Notes under the pieces: model-generated
Seen by the model: only the letters and a program-made list of their open reading frames with translations
Database searches by the model: none
What the model was told of the DNA's origin: nothing
Part shown: piece after piece, positions 26,643-35,334 of the stretch
Layout: each line of letters begins with the position of its first letter
Numbering within the stretch: position 1 is the first letter of the stretch
Assembly: GCA_041946805.1 (NCBI GenBank)
Contig: JBHGBC010000052.1
Coordinates: 1-35,394, forward strand
DNA: 35,394 bases
Source of the DNA: a bacterium
Lineage (GTDB): Bacteria; Hinthialibacterota; Hinthialibacteria; Hinthialibacterales; Hinthialibacteraceae
Direction: 5' to 3'
Program-made: the position numbers and the translations under genes

Positions 26643-29486
26643 ATGCGTGAACAGGAACCGAAAACCAACGCCCATCTGTCACGGCGGGAAATGTTGAAAC
26701 TGGCGGGGGGGCTGAGCCTGGCCTCGCTGTTCCCCTTGTCCCCGCAGGCCGCCCTGGACGCATTCGACATTGTCAATCTCGATCCCTTGAAGATGTATCC
26801 CTACCGGGGATGGGAAGACCTGTACCGGACGCAATACGCGTGGGACCGGGTGGCGCGCTCCACGCATTCGGCCAACTGCACCGGTTCGTGTTCGTGGAAG
26901 GTGTACGTGAAGGACGGAGTGATGCTGCGCGAGGAGCAGGCGGCCGATTATCCCCGGATCAACGCGGAGATCCCCGACTACAATCCCCGGGGCTGCCAGA
27001 AGGGGGCGTGCTTCGTCGAATACGTGTACGGAGCGCAGCGGCTGAAGTTTCCCCTGATCCGCACGGGCGCGCGCGGGGAAGGGAAATGGCGGCGGGCCAG
27101 CTGGGATGAAGCGCTGGGACTGATCGCGGAAAAACTGGTGGAGAACGTGTATCGGCATGGGCCGGACACGAACACGTTCTTCTCGGTGATCCCCGCCATG
27201 TCGCCGGTGTCGTTCAGCGCGGGGACGCGGCTGGCGCATTACCTCGGCGGCGTGGTTTGCTCGTTCTATGACTGGTATTGCGATCTGCCGCCGGGCGAGC
27301 CGGTCACCTGGGGCGTGCAGACCGAATCGTGCGAGTGCGCCGATTGGTTCAATTCGAAATTTATCGTGCTGTGGGGCAGCAACATCAACCAGACGCGCAT
27401 CCCCGACGCCCATTTCGCGTGGGAAGCGCGCTACAACGGGGCGAAAGTGGTCTGCGTGTCGCCCGATTACAACAGCAGCGCCATCCATTGCGATCAATAC
27501 CTCCGCGTGCATCCCGGAACCGACGCGGTGCTGGCGTTGACCGCCTGCCGGTACATTCTCGATCAGAAATTACACGATGAGGCGTATGTCAAGGAGCAGA
27601 CCGATCTGCCCCTGCTGGTGCGCCGGGACACAAAACGATTTCTGCGGGCGAGCGATTTGAACCTGAATGCGCCCGATCCCGAATCCGTGTTCTATGTGTG
27701 GGATGGCAAAACCAACCAGCCGCGCCCGGTTCCCGGATGCCAGGGGAGCGAAGCGAAAACCTTGGCGCTGGGGGACCTCGATCCCCAATTGGAGGGCGAG
27801 TGGACGGTGACGCTGGCGGATGGTTCGAACTGCGCGGTGACCACCGTGTTGCGCCGGCTGCGGGACCAGTTGGCGGACCCCCTCTATTCGTTGGAGGGGG
27901 CGGCGCGGCATTGCGGTATTCCGTTGAACGACCTTACCCAATTCGTTCACGATTTCGCCACGCGCAAACCGGCGATGATCATCCATGGGGCGGGAGTCAA
28001 TCATTGGTACCACAACGATCTGCTCAACCGGGCGATGATCCTGTTGGCGGCGTTGACGGGCAACACCGGGAAGAACGGCGGGGGATTCAACCACTACGTG
28101 GGACAGGAGCGCGTCTGGCCCGAGCACGGCTTCAAGATGCTGGCGTTTCCCGAGGGCGCGGGCAAGCAGCGCTTTCAGAACATGACGCTGTGGACCTATT
28201 GCCATTCCAAGCAGCAGGATCCCCATCTCATCGCCGGGAAACCGGTCGAGCATTACATCCTCGAGTCGGCGCGCAACGGCTGGATGCCGATCTGGCCAAA
28301 GCAGGACTGGGCGGCGCTCACGCCGGAGCAAATGCACGATCTGCCCCGCAAGCCGCGGGCGCTGATCGTGTGGCGGGCGAACTATCTCAATCAGGCCAAG
28401 GGCAACGAGGCGATCCTGCGTTCGCTGTGGCAGGACCTGGACCTGATCGTGGACATCAACTACCGCATGGACACCACCGCGTTGTACAGCGACGTGGTGC
28501 TGCCGGCCTCGACCTATTACGAAAAGACCGATCTCAACTCCAGCGATTGCCATTCGTACATGCATCCCTTCTCCAAGGTGTTGGATCCGCTATTCGAATC
28601 GAAGACGGACTGGGACATCTTCGGCGCGCTGGCCAGGAAGATTGAAGAGGTGGTCAAGGCCAAGAACCTGCCGCCATTCGACGACAAAGAACTTGGCTGG
28701 ACGCGCGATCTCTCCCGCCTGCATGATGACTGGACCTCGAAGGGGAGCATCCGGACGGACGAGGAGGCGTGCAACTTCATCCTGTCGCATTCGCCGGAAA
28801 CGCAAGGTATGTCGTATTACGGATTGCAAGACCAGCCGCAACGGTTTGTGGGGATCGACGAGGAAGCGTGGAACAGCGACATCGAGACAGGGCGGGCGTA
28901 CACGCCGTTTACGCATCAGGTCGAGAAGAAACGGCCCTGGCGGACGCTGACCGGGCGGCAGCAGTTTTATATCGATCATCCCTGGTATCTCGAACTGGAT
29001 GAACAACTGCCGATTCACAAGGACCCGCAGGACGATTCGGAGTTTCCTTTCCACTGGAATACGCCGCACGGGCGCTGGTCGATCCACTCGACCTGGCGCG
29101 ACAACCGCTACCTGCTGCGGCTGCAGCGGGGGCTGCCGATTGTGTATATCCACCCGGATGACGCGCGGGAAGGGGGGATCGCGGACAACGACTGGGTGCG
29201 GATTTTCAACCACCAGGGGCAGGCGGTGGTGAAAGCCAAGATCCTGCCCGGCGAAATGCCCCGGCGGCTGACCATGTATCACGGGTGGGAGAAGTTCCTG
29301 GGATTCCAGGAAGGCGGATGGCAGTCGCTGACCTATATCAAGATCAAGCCGACGCAGCTGGTGGGGAAATACGGGCAGCTGAATTTCAAACTGAATTACT
29401 GGGGGCCGACGGGCAACAACCGGGACATCAAGGTCGATATCGAAAAATACACCGGGCCGGTGGCGGGCTACACGCCTGCGGCCTGA
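26643..29486 (+). CDS. narG: Tat-exported type II DMSO-reductase-family molybdoenzyme alpha subunit (periplasmic NarG-like; related to PcrA/ClrA/SerA)
   Basis: SRREMLK Tat signal; FS0 motif HSANCTGSC...NPRGCQKG; SFYDWYCDLP (Asp Mo ligand); TRIPDAHF; GGFNHYVGQE; TPHGRWSIHSTW; substrate and symbol tentative. Confidence 0.85.
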   Translation: MREQEPKTNAHLSRREMLKLAGGLSLASLFPLSPQAALDAFDIVNLDPLKMYPYRGWEDLYRTQYAWDRVARSTHSANCTGSCSWKVYVKDGVMLREEQAADYPRINAEIPDYNPRGCQKGACFVEYVYGAQRLKFPLIRTGARGEGKWRRASWDEALGLIAEKLVENVYRHGPDTNTFFSVIPAMSPVSFSAGTRLAHYLGGVVCSFYDWYCDLPPGEPVTWGVQTESCECADWFNSKFIVLWGSNINQTRIPDAHFAWEARYNGAKVVCVSPDYNSSAIHCDQYLRVHPGTDAVLALTACRYILDQKLHDEAYVKEQTDLPLLVRRDTKRFLRASDLNLNAPDPESVFYVWDGKTNQPRPVPGCQGSEAKTLALGDLDPQLEGEWTVTLADGSNCAVTTVLRRLRDQLADPLYSLEGAARHCGIPLNDLTQFVHDFATRKPAMIIHGAGVNHWYHNDLLNRAMILLAALTGNTGKNGGGFNHYVGQERVWPEHGFKMLAFPEGAGKQRFQNMTLWTYCHSKQQDPHLIAGKPVEHYILESARNGWMPIWPKQDWAALTPEQMHDLPRKPRALIVWRANYLNQAKGNEAILRSLWQDLDLIVDINYRMDTTALYSDVVLPASTYYEKTDLNSSDCHSYMHPFSKVLDPLFESKTDWDIFGALARKIEEVVKAKNLPPFDDKELGWTRDLSRLHDDWTSKGSIRTDEEACNFILSHSPETQGMSYYGLQDQPQRFVGIDEEAWNSDIETGRAYTPFTHQVEKKRPWRTLTGRQQFYIDHPWYLELDEQLPIHKDPQDDSEFPFHWNTPHGRWSIHSTWRDNRYLLRLQRGLPIVYIHPDDAREGGIADNDWVRIFNHQGQAVVKAKILPGEMPRRLTMYHGWEKFLGFQEGGWQSLTYIKIKPTQLVGKYGQLNFKLNYWGPTGNNRDIKVDIEKYTGPVAGYTPAA

Positions 29487-29561
29487 CACGGCGCGCCGGA
29501 AATTGGATTTTCGACGCCCCGTCATCACACGGATGAACCGGACCGGGACCACAAACCTGTC

Positions 29562-29611
29562 CCCTCTCACTCTGGGAGAGGGTTAGGGTGAGGGAAGCCC
29601 TGTAAGGGCGG
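29562..29611 (-). repeat. Family A repeat with adjacent family C hairpin
   Basis: Reverse complement ccgcccttacagggcttccctcaccctaaccctctcccagagtgagaggg, near-identical to 4-53. Confidence 0.85.
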
Positions 29612-29694
29612 TACGGTATGGAAACCAATTGACTATCGCATTCGAACCAAGATCGGAATCCCCCGCCAGATTAAGCAGGGAAGGAGCGGAAAAG

Positions 29695-30897
29695 ATGGCC
29701 CAGCATCAATACGCGATGGTGATGGATCTGAACAAGTGCCTCGGATGCCACACCTGCTCGATGGCCTGCAAGAAACAATGGACCGACCGGGACGGCATGG
29801 ACTACATGTATTGGAACAACGTGGAGACCCATCCCGGCATGGGGTATCCCCGCGACTGGCACAAGCAGGGAGGCGGATTCGACGTCCGGCGCAACTTGCG
29901 TCTCTTGCCGCTGCCCGCCAAGGAGGCGTACGGCGAGGCGTTCGAATACGATTACGCGCAGCGGCTCTACCAGGGCGGCGGCAAGCCGGTGATGCCGCAC
30001 AAGCCGCCCGTCTATACGCCCAACTGGGACGAGGACGTGGGCGGCTTCGATACCCAAAATCCATACTTCTTCTATCTGCCGCGCATCTGCAATCATTGCA
30101 CGCATCCGGCCTGCGTGGAGGCGTGCCCGCGCAAGGCGGTCTATAAGCGGCAGGAAGACGGAATCGTGCTGATCGACCAGCAACGCTGCAACGGCTACCG
30201 TTACTGCATTCAATCGTGCCCCTACAAGAAGATCTACTTCAATGAAGTGACGGGCAAGAGCGAGAAGTGCGTGTTTTGCTATCCCCGGCTGGAGAAGGGG
30301 CAGGTGAACGCCTGCGCGGCGCAATGCCCGGGGCGGATCCGGTTCGTGGGCTTGCTGGACGATCCCGGGTCGCCGGTGCACAAACTGGTGCATGTTTACA
30401 AAGTGGCGTTGGGCCTGTTCCCGGAGAAGGGGACGCACCCCAACGTCTATTACGTGCCGCCCTTCAATCCGCCCAAGGAAGGAAACGCGGGCCAGAGCAT
30501 TCTGGACGATCCGCGCCTGCCGCTGGCGTATTTGCAATATTTGTTCGGCCCCACGGTGGCGGAGGTGATCGCGTTTCTGGAAGGCGAATTGAAGAAGGCG
30601 CGGGAAGGCGGGCGCAGCGAGGTGCTGCAGCTGCTCATCGGACGGGACGCCGGCGTGCGATTCCGGATCGTGCCGGAGATCGTGAAGGCCGCCGTGCCGC
30701 CCGGCGCGGAATCGAAACTCCCGGATCAGCCCGCGGGGCCGCCACTCAACAAGCTGGGCACGCCGCGGGCGGTGGGGGCGGCCGGGGGGATCACGCCCAT
30801 CGCGGCGGAAGCGTTGCGCGTTGTCCAAGGATCCGCGGACGCCTGCGCGGGATGTGGGCAAGGATCTTCCTGCGCGATGGCGGGGAAGGGGTGCTGA
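29695..30897 (+). CDS. narH: Fe-S beta subunit (NarH/PcrB-like) with C-terminal extension
   Basis: ATG 29695 behind AAGGAG; DLNKCLGCHTCSMACK, WNNVET, PNWDED, YLPRICNHCTHPACVEACP, CNGYRYC ([3Fe-4S] type), KCVFCYPR. Confidence 0.9.
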   Translation: MAQHQYAMVMDLNKCLGCHTCSMACKKQWTDRDGMDYMYWNNVETHPGMGYPRDWHKQGGGFDVRRNLRLLPLPAKEAYGEAFEYDYAQRLYQGGGKPVMPHKPPVYTPNWDEDVGGFDTQNPYFFYLPRICNHCTHPACVEACPRKAVYKRQEDGIVLIDQQRCNGYRYCIQSCPYKKIYFNEVTGKSEKCVFCYPRLEKGQVNACAAQCPGRIRFVGLLDDPGSPVHKLVHVYKVALGLFPEKGTHPNVYYVPPFNPPKEGNAGQSILDDPRLPLAYLQYLFGPTVAEVIAFLEGELKKAREGGRSEVLQLLIGRDAGVRFRIVPEIVKAAVPPGAESKLPDQPAGPPLNKLGTPRAVGAAGGITPIAAEALRVVQGSADACAGCGQGSSCAMAGKGC

Positions 30898-30960
30898 GGA
30901 TTATCTGCATGCCGTGGGGAGAGACGATCATTTGAAGGAGAAAGCGTTTTGGAAGGCTTT

Positions 30961-30993
30961 CCCTCACCCTGGCCCTCTCCCCGAGGGACGAGG
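30961..30993 (+). repeat. Family A repeat
   Basis: ccctcaccctggccctctccccgagggacgagg. Confidence 0.75.
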
Positions 30994-31078
30994 AGGAGAA
31001 ATACCAGACGCCGGGTAAGGAGGGTGGGCTGCTCCGTGTTTTTTAAGCCGATCCCCGAAAGGACAAGCGAGGACGATT

Positions 31079-31837
31079 ATGGGCGCGTGGCGAACATGGC
31101 AGTGGATTTTGATTTTTGGAATCATCGGATTTTTGCCGTTGGAAGCCGGGGCGCAGCCGAAGAGTGGGGCGTTGATTTTGGCTCCCGCGTCCGCGCCGGC
31201 GGGACGGAGCCTGGAGGAGGTCCTGGATCCCGCCGGCCCGCTCTGGAAGGACGCGCGGGCGTATCCCGTACGGCTGAACCGGACACCTCCATTGTACGCG
31301 GACGGGCCGTTTGACGATGGAGAACGGCCGGCAACCACGGTGCGGTTGCTGCGCCTGGCGGACCAAACCGTCGTGATCCGGATCGAGTGGACGGACGCGA
31401 CGGTCAACGAGTTTACCCCGGGGAAAAAGTATCCGGATGTCGGGGCGGAGCATATTTATCCCCGGCACACGGAAAATACGAGTACCTTTGGGGACGCGGT
31501 GGCGGTGATGGTTCCGCAGGCGCGGGGGCCGGCAGTTTCCTATCCGTCGCTGATGATGGGAGAAACCGGGAAGCCAGTGGACATTTACGCGTGGATGGCG
31601 GGGCGGGGATTCGCCTGGATGAACGCGCATGGGCGGGCGTCCACGGCGTTCGCTCCCGGTTTCACGCCGGGGGGGGTCCCCGGGCAGGCTTCACGCGCGC
31701 CGGCCGGTTGGGCGGTTACCGTTTCGGTTCCCGGATTGGTGGAAGGGACCCCGCTTTGTTTCGCGGTCTGGGATGGCGCCAAGCAACATCGCGATGGCGT
31801 GAAATATTTCAGCTTATGGTGCGAGGTGGGAAAATGA
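31079..31837 (+). CDS. Heme-b gamma subunit (EbdC/SerC/ClrC-like, DOMON-like fold)
   Basis: Sec signal; IEWTD, FGDAVAVM, LMMG (Met ligand) ...PVDIYAW, FAVWDG...RDGVK (Lys ligand). Confidence 0.8.
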   Translation: MGAWRTWQWILIFGIIGFLPLEAGAQPKSGALILAPASAPAGRSLEEVLDPAGPLWKDARAYPVRLNRTPPLYADGPFDDGERPATTVRLLRLADQTVVIRIEWTDATVNEFTPGKKYPDVGAEHIYPRHTENTSTFGDAVAVMVPQARGPAVSYPSLMMGETGKPVDIYAWMAGRGFAWMNAHGRASTAFAPGFTPGGVPGQASRAPAGWAVTVSVPGLVEGTPLCFAVWDGAKQHRDGVKYFSLWCEVGK

Positions 31838-32484
31838 TCCAGGGGCCGGCCGGCCGGGCGATGGAGGAATTGGCGGAATCGGCGGCGATGTGGCAATTTT
31901 TTCTAACATTGTTTCAATTTCCAAGTTTAAAACAATGGATGGGCTTGCGGGAGGAAAGGATCCGGAAGGCGTGGGCGGTGCTGCAGGGGGAGCTGAACGC
32001 GGGGGCCGATCTGGAAATCCCCGTCCCGGCGGATGTCCAGACGTATGAGGAGCAATATCTGTCCACCTTCGAGGTGGGGATTCCGCATCCGGTCTGCCCG
32101 TTGATCGAATCACACTGGAACAAGCGGTATCCCGCGCCGAGGATCCTGCATGAAAATATTTTATTTTACAAACAGTTTGGCTTGGAATTGCGGCCGGTTG
32201 CGGCCGAAATGGCGGACCACCTGCGGTATCAATTGGAGTTTTTGCTCTACCTGGACCGGTTGGAGCACCATGCCTGGGAAAAAGAGGGCGGGGATGAATT
32301 GATCCGGCAGGTGGCGCAAGGGCGGCGGGATTTTTTGGAGCGGCATCCGGGATTCTGGATTCCGGCCGCCGCCCGGGATTTGAACGGAAAACTGCCGGGT
32401 TTGTGGCCCCCATTTTGGATGAATCTGTTGGCTTTGGCGATGGAGCGCGCGGTGGAGCGAGCCCGAATTTGTACTGTTTCTTAA
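31834..32484 (+). CDS. TorD/NarJ/PcrD-family private chaperone
   Basis: ATGA overlap with the gamma gene; Y..TFEVG, CPLIES, FY..FGL, E.ADHL..QLEF, FL.RH..W. Confidence 0.85.
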   Translation: MIQGPAGRAMEELAESAAMWQFFLTLFQFPSLKQWMGLREERIRKAWAVLQGELNAGADLEIPVPADVQTYEEQYLSTFEVGIPHPVCPLIESHWNKRYPAPRILHENILFYKQFGLELRPVAAEMADHLRYQLEFLLYLDRLEHHAWEKEGGDELIRQVAQGRRDFLERHPGFWIPAAARDLNGKLPGLWPPFWMNLLALAMERAVERARICTVS

Positions 32485-32590
32485 GTTGTTTTTCCGGGCC
32501 TTGCCTATTCAGGGACTGGATTTCGTGATGGGATTGGCATACTACAGTTACGAGAGCCAATATGAATCTTGGTGCTGCGATGAGTATGCC

Positions 32591-33628
32591 ATGATGGATC
32601 TCAATGATCTACCCATACTTGGAATCGGTGGTTGGAGCGGGGCGGGGAAGACCTCGCTGATCGAGGGCGTCCTGCCGCGGCTGCGGAAAGAGGGGCTCCG
32701 GGTGCTGGTGTGCAAGCATTGCCAGCATGGATTCGAGATCGACCGCGCGGGTAAGGACAGTGACCGGCTCTTCCAGGCGGGCGGAGATGTCCTGGCGCAG
32801 GACGAGGGGCAGGAGTGTTGGCGGATGCATGGGGTCCCGGAGCAGGCGATCGAGTCGATTTTGCCCTTTCTGTCGCGGCGGTATGATCTGATCCTGGTGG
32901 AAGGGCACAAGGAGATACCCCTGCCGGTGGTGTGGCTGGAGCATCCCAAGAAAAAAGATCCGCCGCCGAAAACGGTGGAAGTGTTGGAACTGCTGGGGGC
33001 GAAAGCGGAGCGGGAGAAGGTCCTGCTGACGTGGCTGTCGGATTGGCTTCCCCGCCAGTGGCAGAAAACGCCGGTGTACGGTTGCGTGTTGATCGGGGGG
33101 GAGAGCCGGCGGATGGGCCGGCCCAAGCACCTGATCGAGACGGAGGGCTTGACGTGGCTGGAACGGACGGCGCGCATTTTGAAGCGGGTCTGTTCGCGGG
33201 TGGTGATCGCGGGGGCGGGTGAGATTCCCGCGCGGATGATCAATCCCATTCAGTTGACGGATATTCTGGGGGCGGAAGGGCCGATGGCGGGAGTGCTGGC
33301 GGCGATGCGCTGGTCGCCGTATGCCTCATGGGTGATCACGGCCTGCGACATGCCGCGGCTGAATTTTCCCGCGTTGGATTGGCTGATCTCGAACCGGAAA
33401 CCGGGTGTGTGGGCGGTTCTGCCCCGGGGCGCCGAGCCGCGCGAGGTGGAGCCGTTGCTGGCCTATTACGATTGCCGGTCCCATCCGGTGCTGGAGAGTC
33501 TATCCGAGCAGGGGGAGTTTTCCTTGGCGGCGATCCAGAAACATGCCAAGACCGCGACGCCGGAAATTCCCAGCCACCTGCGGGACGCCTGGGTGAGCGC
33601 GAATCAGCCGGAAGAGATACGAAGGTGA
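32591..33628 (+). CDS. MobB-MobA fusion (molybdopterin-guanine dinucleotide biosynthesis)
   Basis: N-terminal MobB: GWSGAGKT, KH..HGFEID..GKDS, DLILVEGHK; C-terminal MobA: LIGGESRRMGRPK, GPMAG, ACDMP, EPL.A.Y. Confidence 0.88.
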   Translation: MMDLNDLPILGIGGWSGAGKTSLIEGVLPRLRKEGLRVLVCKHCQHGFEIDRAGKDSDRLFQAGGDVLAQDEGQECWRMHGVPEQAIESILPFLSRRYDLILVEGHKEIPLPVVWLEHPKKKDPPPKTVEVLELLGAKAEREKVLLTWLSDWLPRQWQKTPVYGCVLIGGESRRMGRPKHLIETEGLTWLERTARILKRVCSRVVIAGAGEIPARMINPIQLTDILGAEGPMAGVLAAMRWSPYASWVITACDMPRLNFPALDWLISNRKPGVWAVLPRGAEPREVEPLLAYYDCRSHPVLESLSEQGEFSLAAIQKHAKTATPEIPSHLRDAWVSANQPEEIRR

Positions 33629-33660
33629 GGGACGGTGATTGGTCTGAATCCGGGGGTGAG

Positions 33661-35100
33661 TTACAACCGCCATCCCTCCCGGTAGGGCCGATGCAGAAAT
33701 GGATTGGCGTTTTCGTCATTGGTGATTCGCAGGTTGGGCCCATCCCACACAATCGGATGGCCGGCCCGCAGGGCGACATTGCCCAGTAAGCAAGTCTCCG
33801 TGAGGAAACCCGCGTGATCGACAAAGTTGGATCCGGGCGCGGAACCTCCGCGGCACGCATCGACCCACTCCTTGAAATGCCCTTGTGACCGGGGCAGCGT
33901 TTGGGGCGGCTGGCCGTACGCTTTCATTTTGGCTTCGGGAATCAACCGGCTCCCCATCAGGATGCCGTCATCTCCGATATAAATCGTATCCGAAATCCCC
34001 CGGCCGGATTCCAAGTCTTTTGGGTAAGGCGGTTTGAGTCCCCCGTCGTACCAATGCAACGTTACCGGCGGCATATTTTCCCGGGCGGGGAATTCGTAGT
34101 ACGCGAGCACGCCGAGGGGATAAATATCGGGAAACATCTTGGTCGAACTGGCCTCGATGCGGACCGGATACGTCAATTTCAATGCCTTGAACACCGTCGA
34201 AAGCCGATGGCAGCCAAGATCGCCCAGCTGGCTGGTGCCGAAATCCCACCAATTCCGCCACGTCCAGGGATGATATTCGGGATGGTACGGACGGGCGGGC
34301 GCCGGTCCCAGCCACAAATCCCAGTCCAGCCCCGCGGGAACCGGGGGAGTCTCTTCCGGCCGGTTCAGCAGCGCCGGCCAGTGCCAGAAGCGGGCGGAAA
34401 TCGCGACGTGCACTTCCCGCACCGGCCCGATCGCTCCGCCGGCGATCATCTCCCGCGTCAAACGGTCCTCCTCGGTGGCCTGCCCCTGGTTCCCTAATTG
34501 CGTGGCCACTCCCGCGCGTTTCGCCTCTTCGGCAATGAGCCGCGCTTCCCGCACCGACCAGGTCAGCGGTTTTTCGCAGTACACATGCTTGCGTTTTTTC
34601 AAGGCGGCCATGGTTATCACCGCATGCGCGTGATCCGGCGTGGCCACCATGACGGCGTCGACGTCTTCTTTTTCCAGGAGTTCCCGGTAGTCGGCGTATG
34701 CGCGGCAGGCGGTGTATTGTCCCCGCCCCTTTTGTTCGGCGTAATATTCATCCACCGCCCGGCGCGCCGGCTCCCGCCCCGAGATCTTGGTTTCTTTCCC
34801 TTCCGCCCAATCCCAGGAAATATACCCATCACTCTCCCGGTTGACATCGCAGACCGCGACGATTTGCAGTTCATCGAATTGCAGGAAGGTTCGCAGATTT
34901 TGATAACCCCGCCCACCCATACCAATACACGCCAGGGTCGTTTTATCGTTGGGAGCGGTCTGGCCCGATCCACTCAATCCGCCGGCAGGGATTATGGTAA
35001 AGGCCGACAGCGAGACAGCTTTTTGAAGAAAACGGCGCCGGGAGCTCACGGCCTCGGATTTCTTTTGGATTGATTGTTGGTGAATGGGCGAGTGGGGCAT
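33661..35100 (-). CDS. Gfo/Idh/MocA family oxidoreductase with Tat signal
   Basis: ATG 35100 behind GGAGG; SRRRFLQK; IGMGGRG; ATPDHAH; HVYCEKP; LDWDLWLGPAP; GDLGCH. Confidence 0.92.
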   Translation of the reverse strand: MPHSPIHQQSIQKKSEAVSSRRRFLQKAVSLSAFTIIPAGGLSGSGQTAPNDKTTLACIGMGGRGYQNLRTFLQFDELQIVAVCDVNRESDGYISWDWAEGKETKISGREPARRAVDEYYAEQKGRGQYTACRAYADYRELLEKEDVDAVMVATPDHAHAVITMAALKKRKHVYCEKPLTWSVREARLIAEEAKRAGVATQLGNQGQATEEDRLTREMIAGGAIGPVREVHVAISARFWHWPALLNRPEETPPVPAGLDWDLWLGPAPARPYHPEYHPWTWRNWWDFGTSQLGDLGCHRLSTVFKALKLTYPVRIEASSTKMFPDIYPLGVLAYYEFPARENMPPVTLHWYDGGLKPPYPKDLESGRGISDTIYIGDDGILMGSRLIPEAKMKAYGQPPQTLPRSQGHFKEWVDACRGGSAPGSNFVDHAGFLTETCLLGNVALRAGHPIVWDGPNLRITNDENANPFLHRPYREGWRL

Positions 35101-35297
35101 TGTAGAACCTCCGTTTGATTGGATCGTTGGAAGAATTGTTGGGCGATTTTGCATCGCGCGCATTATCCACCGTGAGATGCCGTGGTGACTGGTTTTCATT
35201 GCTTCAAACGTTTTTACGGTGCATCCAGCCGGTGCGTGCATTTTCCACCGGTTGCGATCCGTTTCCAATGGATCTGGCCTGGGAGAACCATCCCATT

Positions 35298-35334
35298 TTC
35301 CCTCGCCGGCCGGAAGAAAGCCAGGATGAGGGAA
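35298..35334 (-). repeat. Degenerate family A repeat
   Basis: Reverse complement ttccctcatcctggctttcttccggccggcgagggaa. Confidence 0.4.

Noticed and set aside
30889..30900. Beta subunit ends Gly-Cys-TGA-Gly, resembling a GCUG selenocysteine motif
   Set aside because: No convincing SECIS hairpin follows, and read-through would run through a family A repeat into non-protein-like sequence
26643..32484. Firm call as perchlorate reductase (pcrABCD) or nitrite oxidoreductase
   Set aside because: No cld or PcrC-type gene in the window; the GQE motif is NarG-like; the length and FS0 motif differ from Nitrospira/anammox NxrA
569..32560. Many long antisense or alternative-frame ORFs (e.g. 569..1810, 2073..3479, 14579..16258, 18378..19991, 22269..24287, 24184..25689)
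   Set aside because: They are shadows of well-supported genes in high-GC DNA, with Arg/Pro/Gly-rich or motif-less translations
21..35334. Repeats interpreted as a CRISPR array
   Set aside because: Copies are dispersed, degenerate and in both orientations, with no regular spacers and no cas genes
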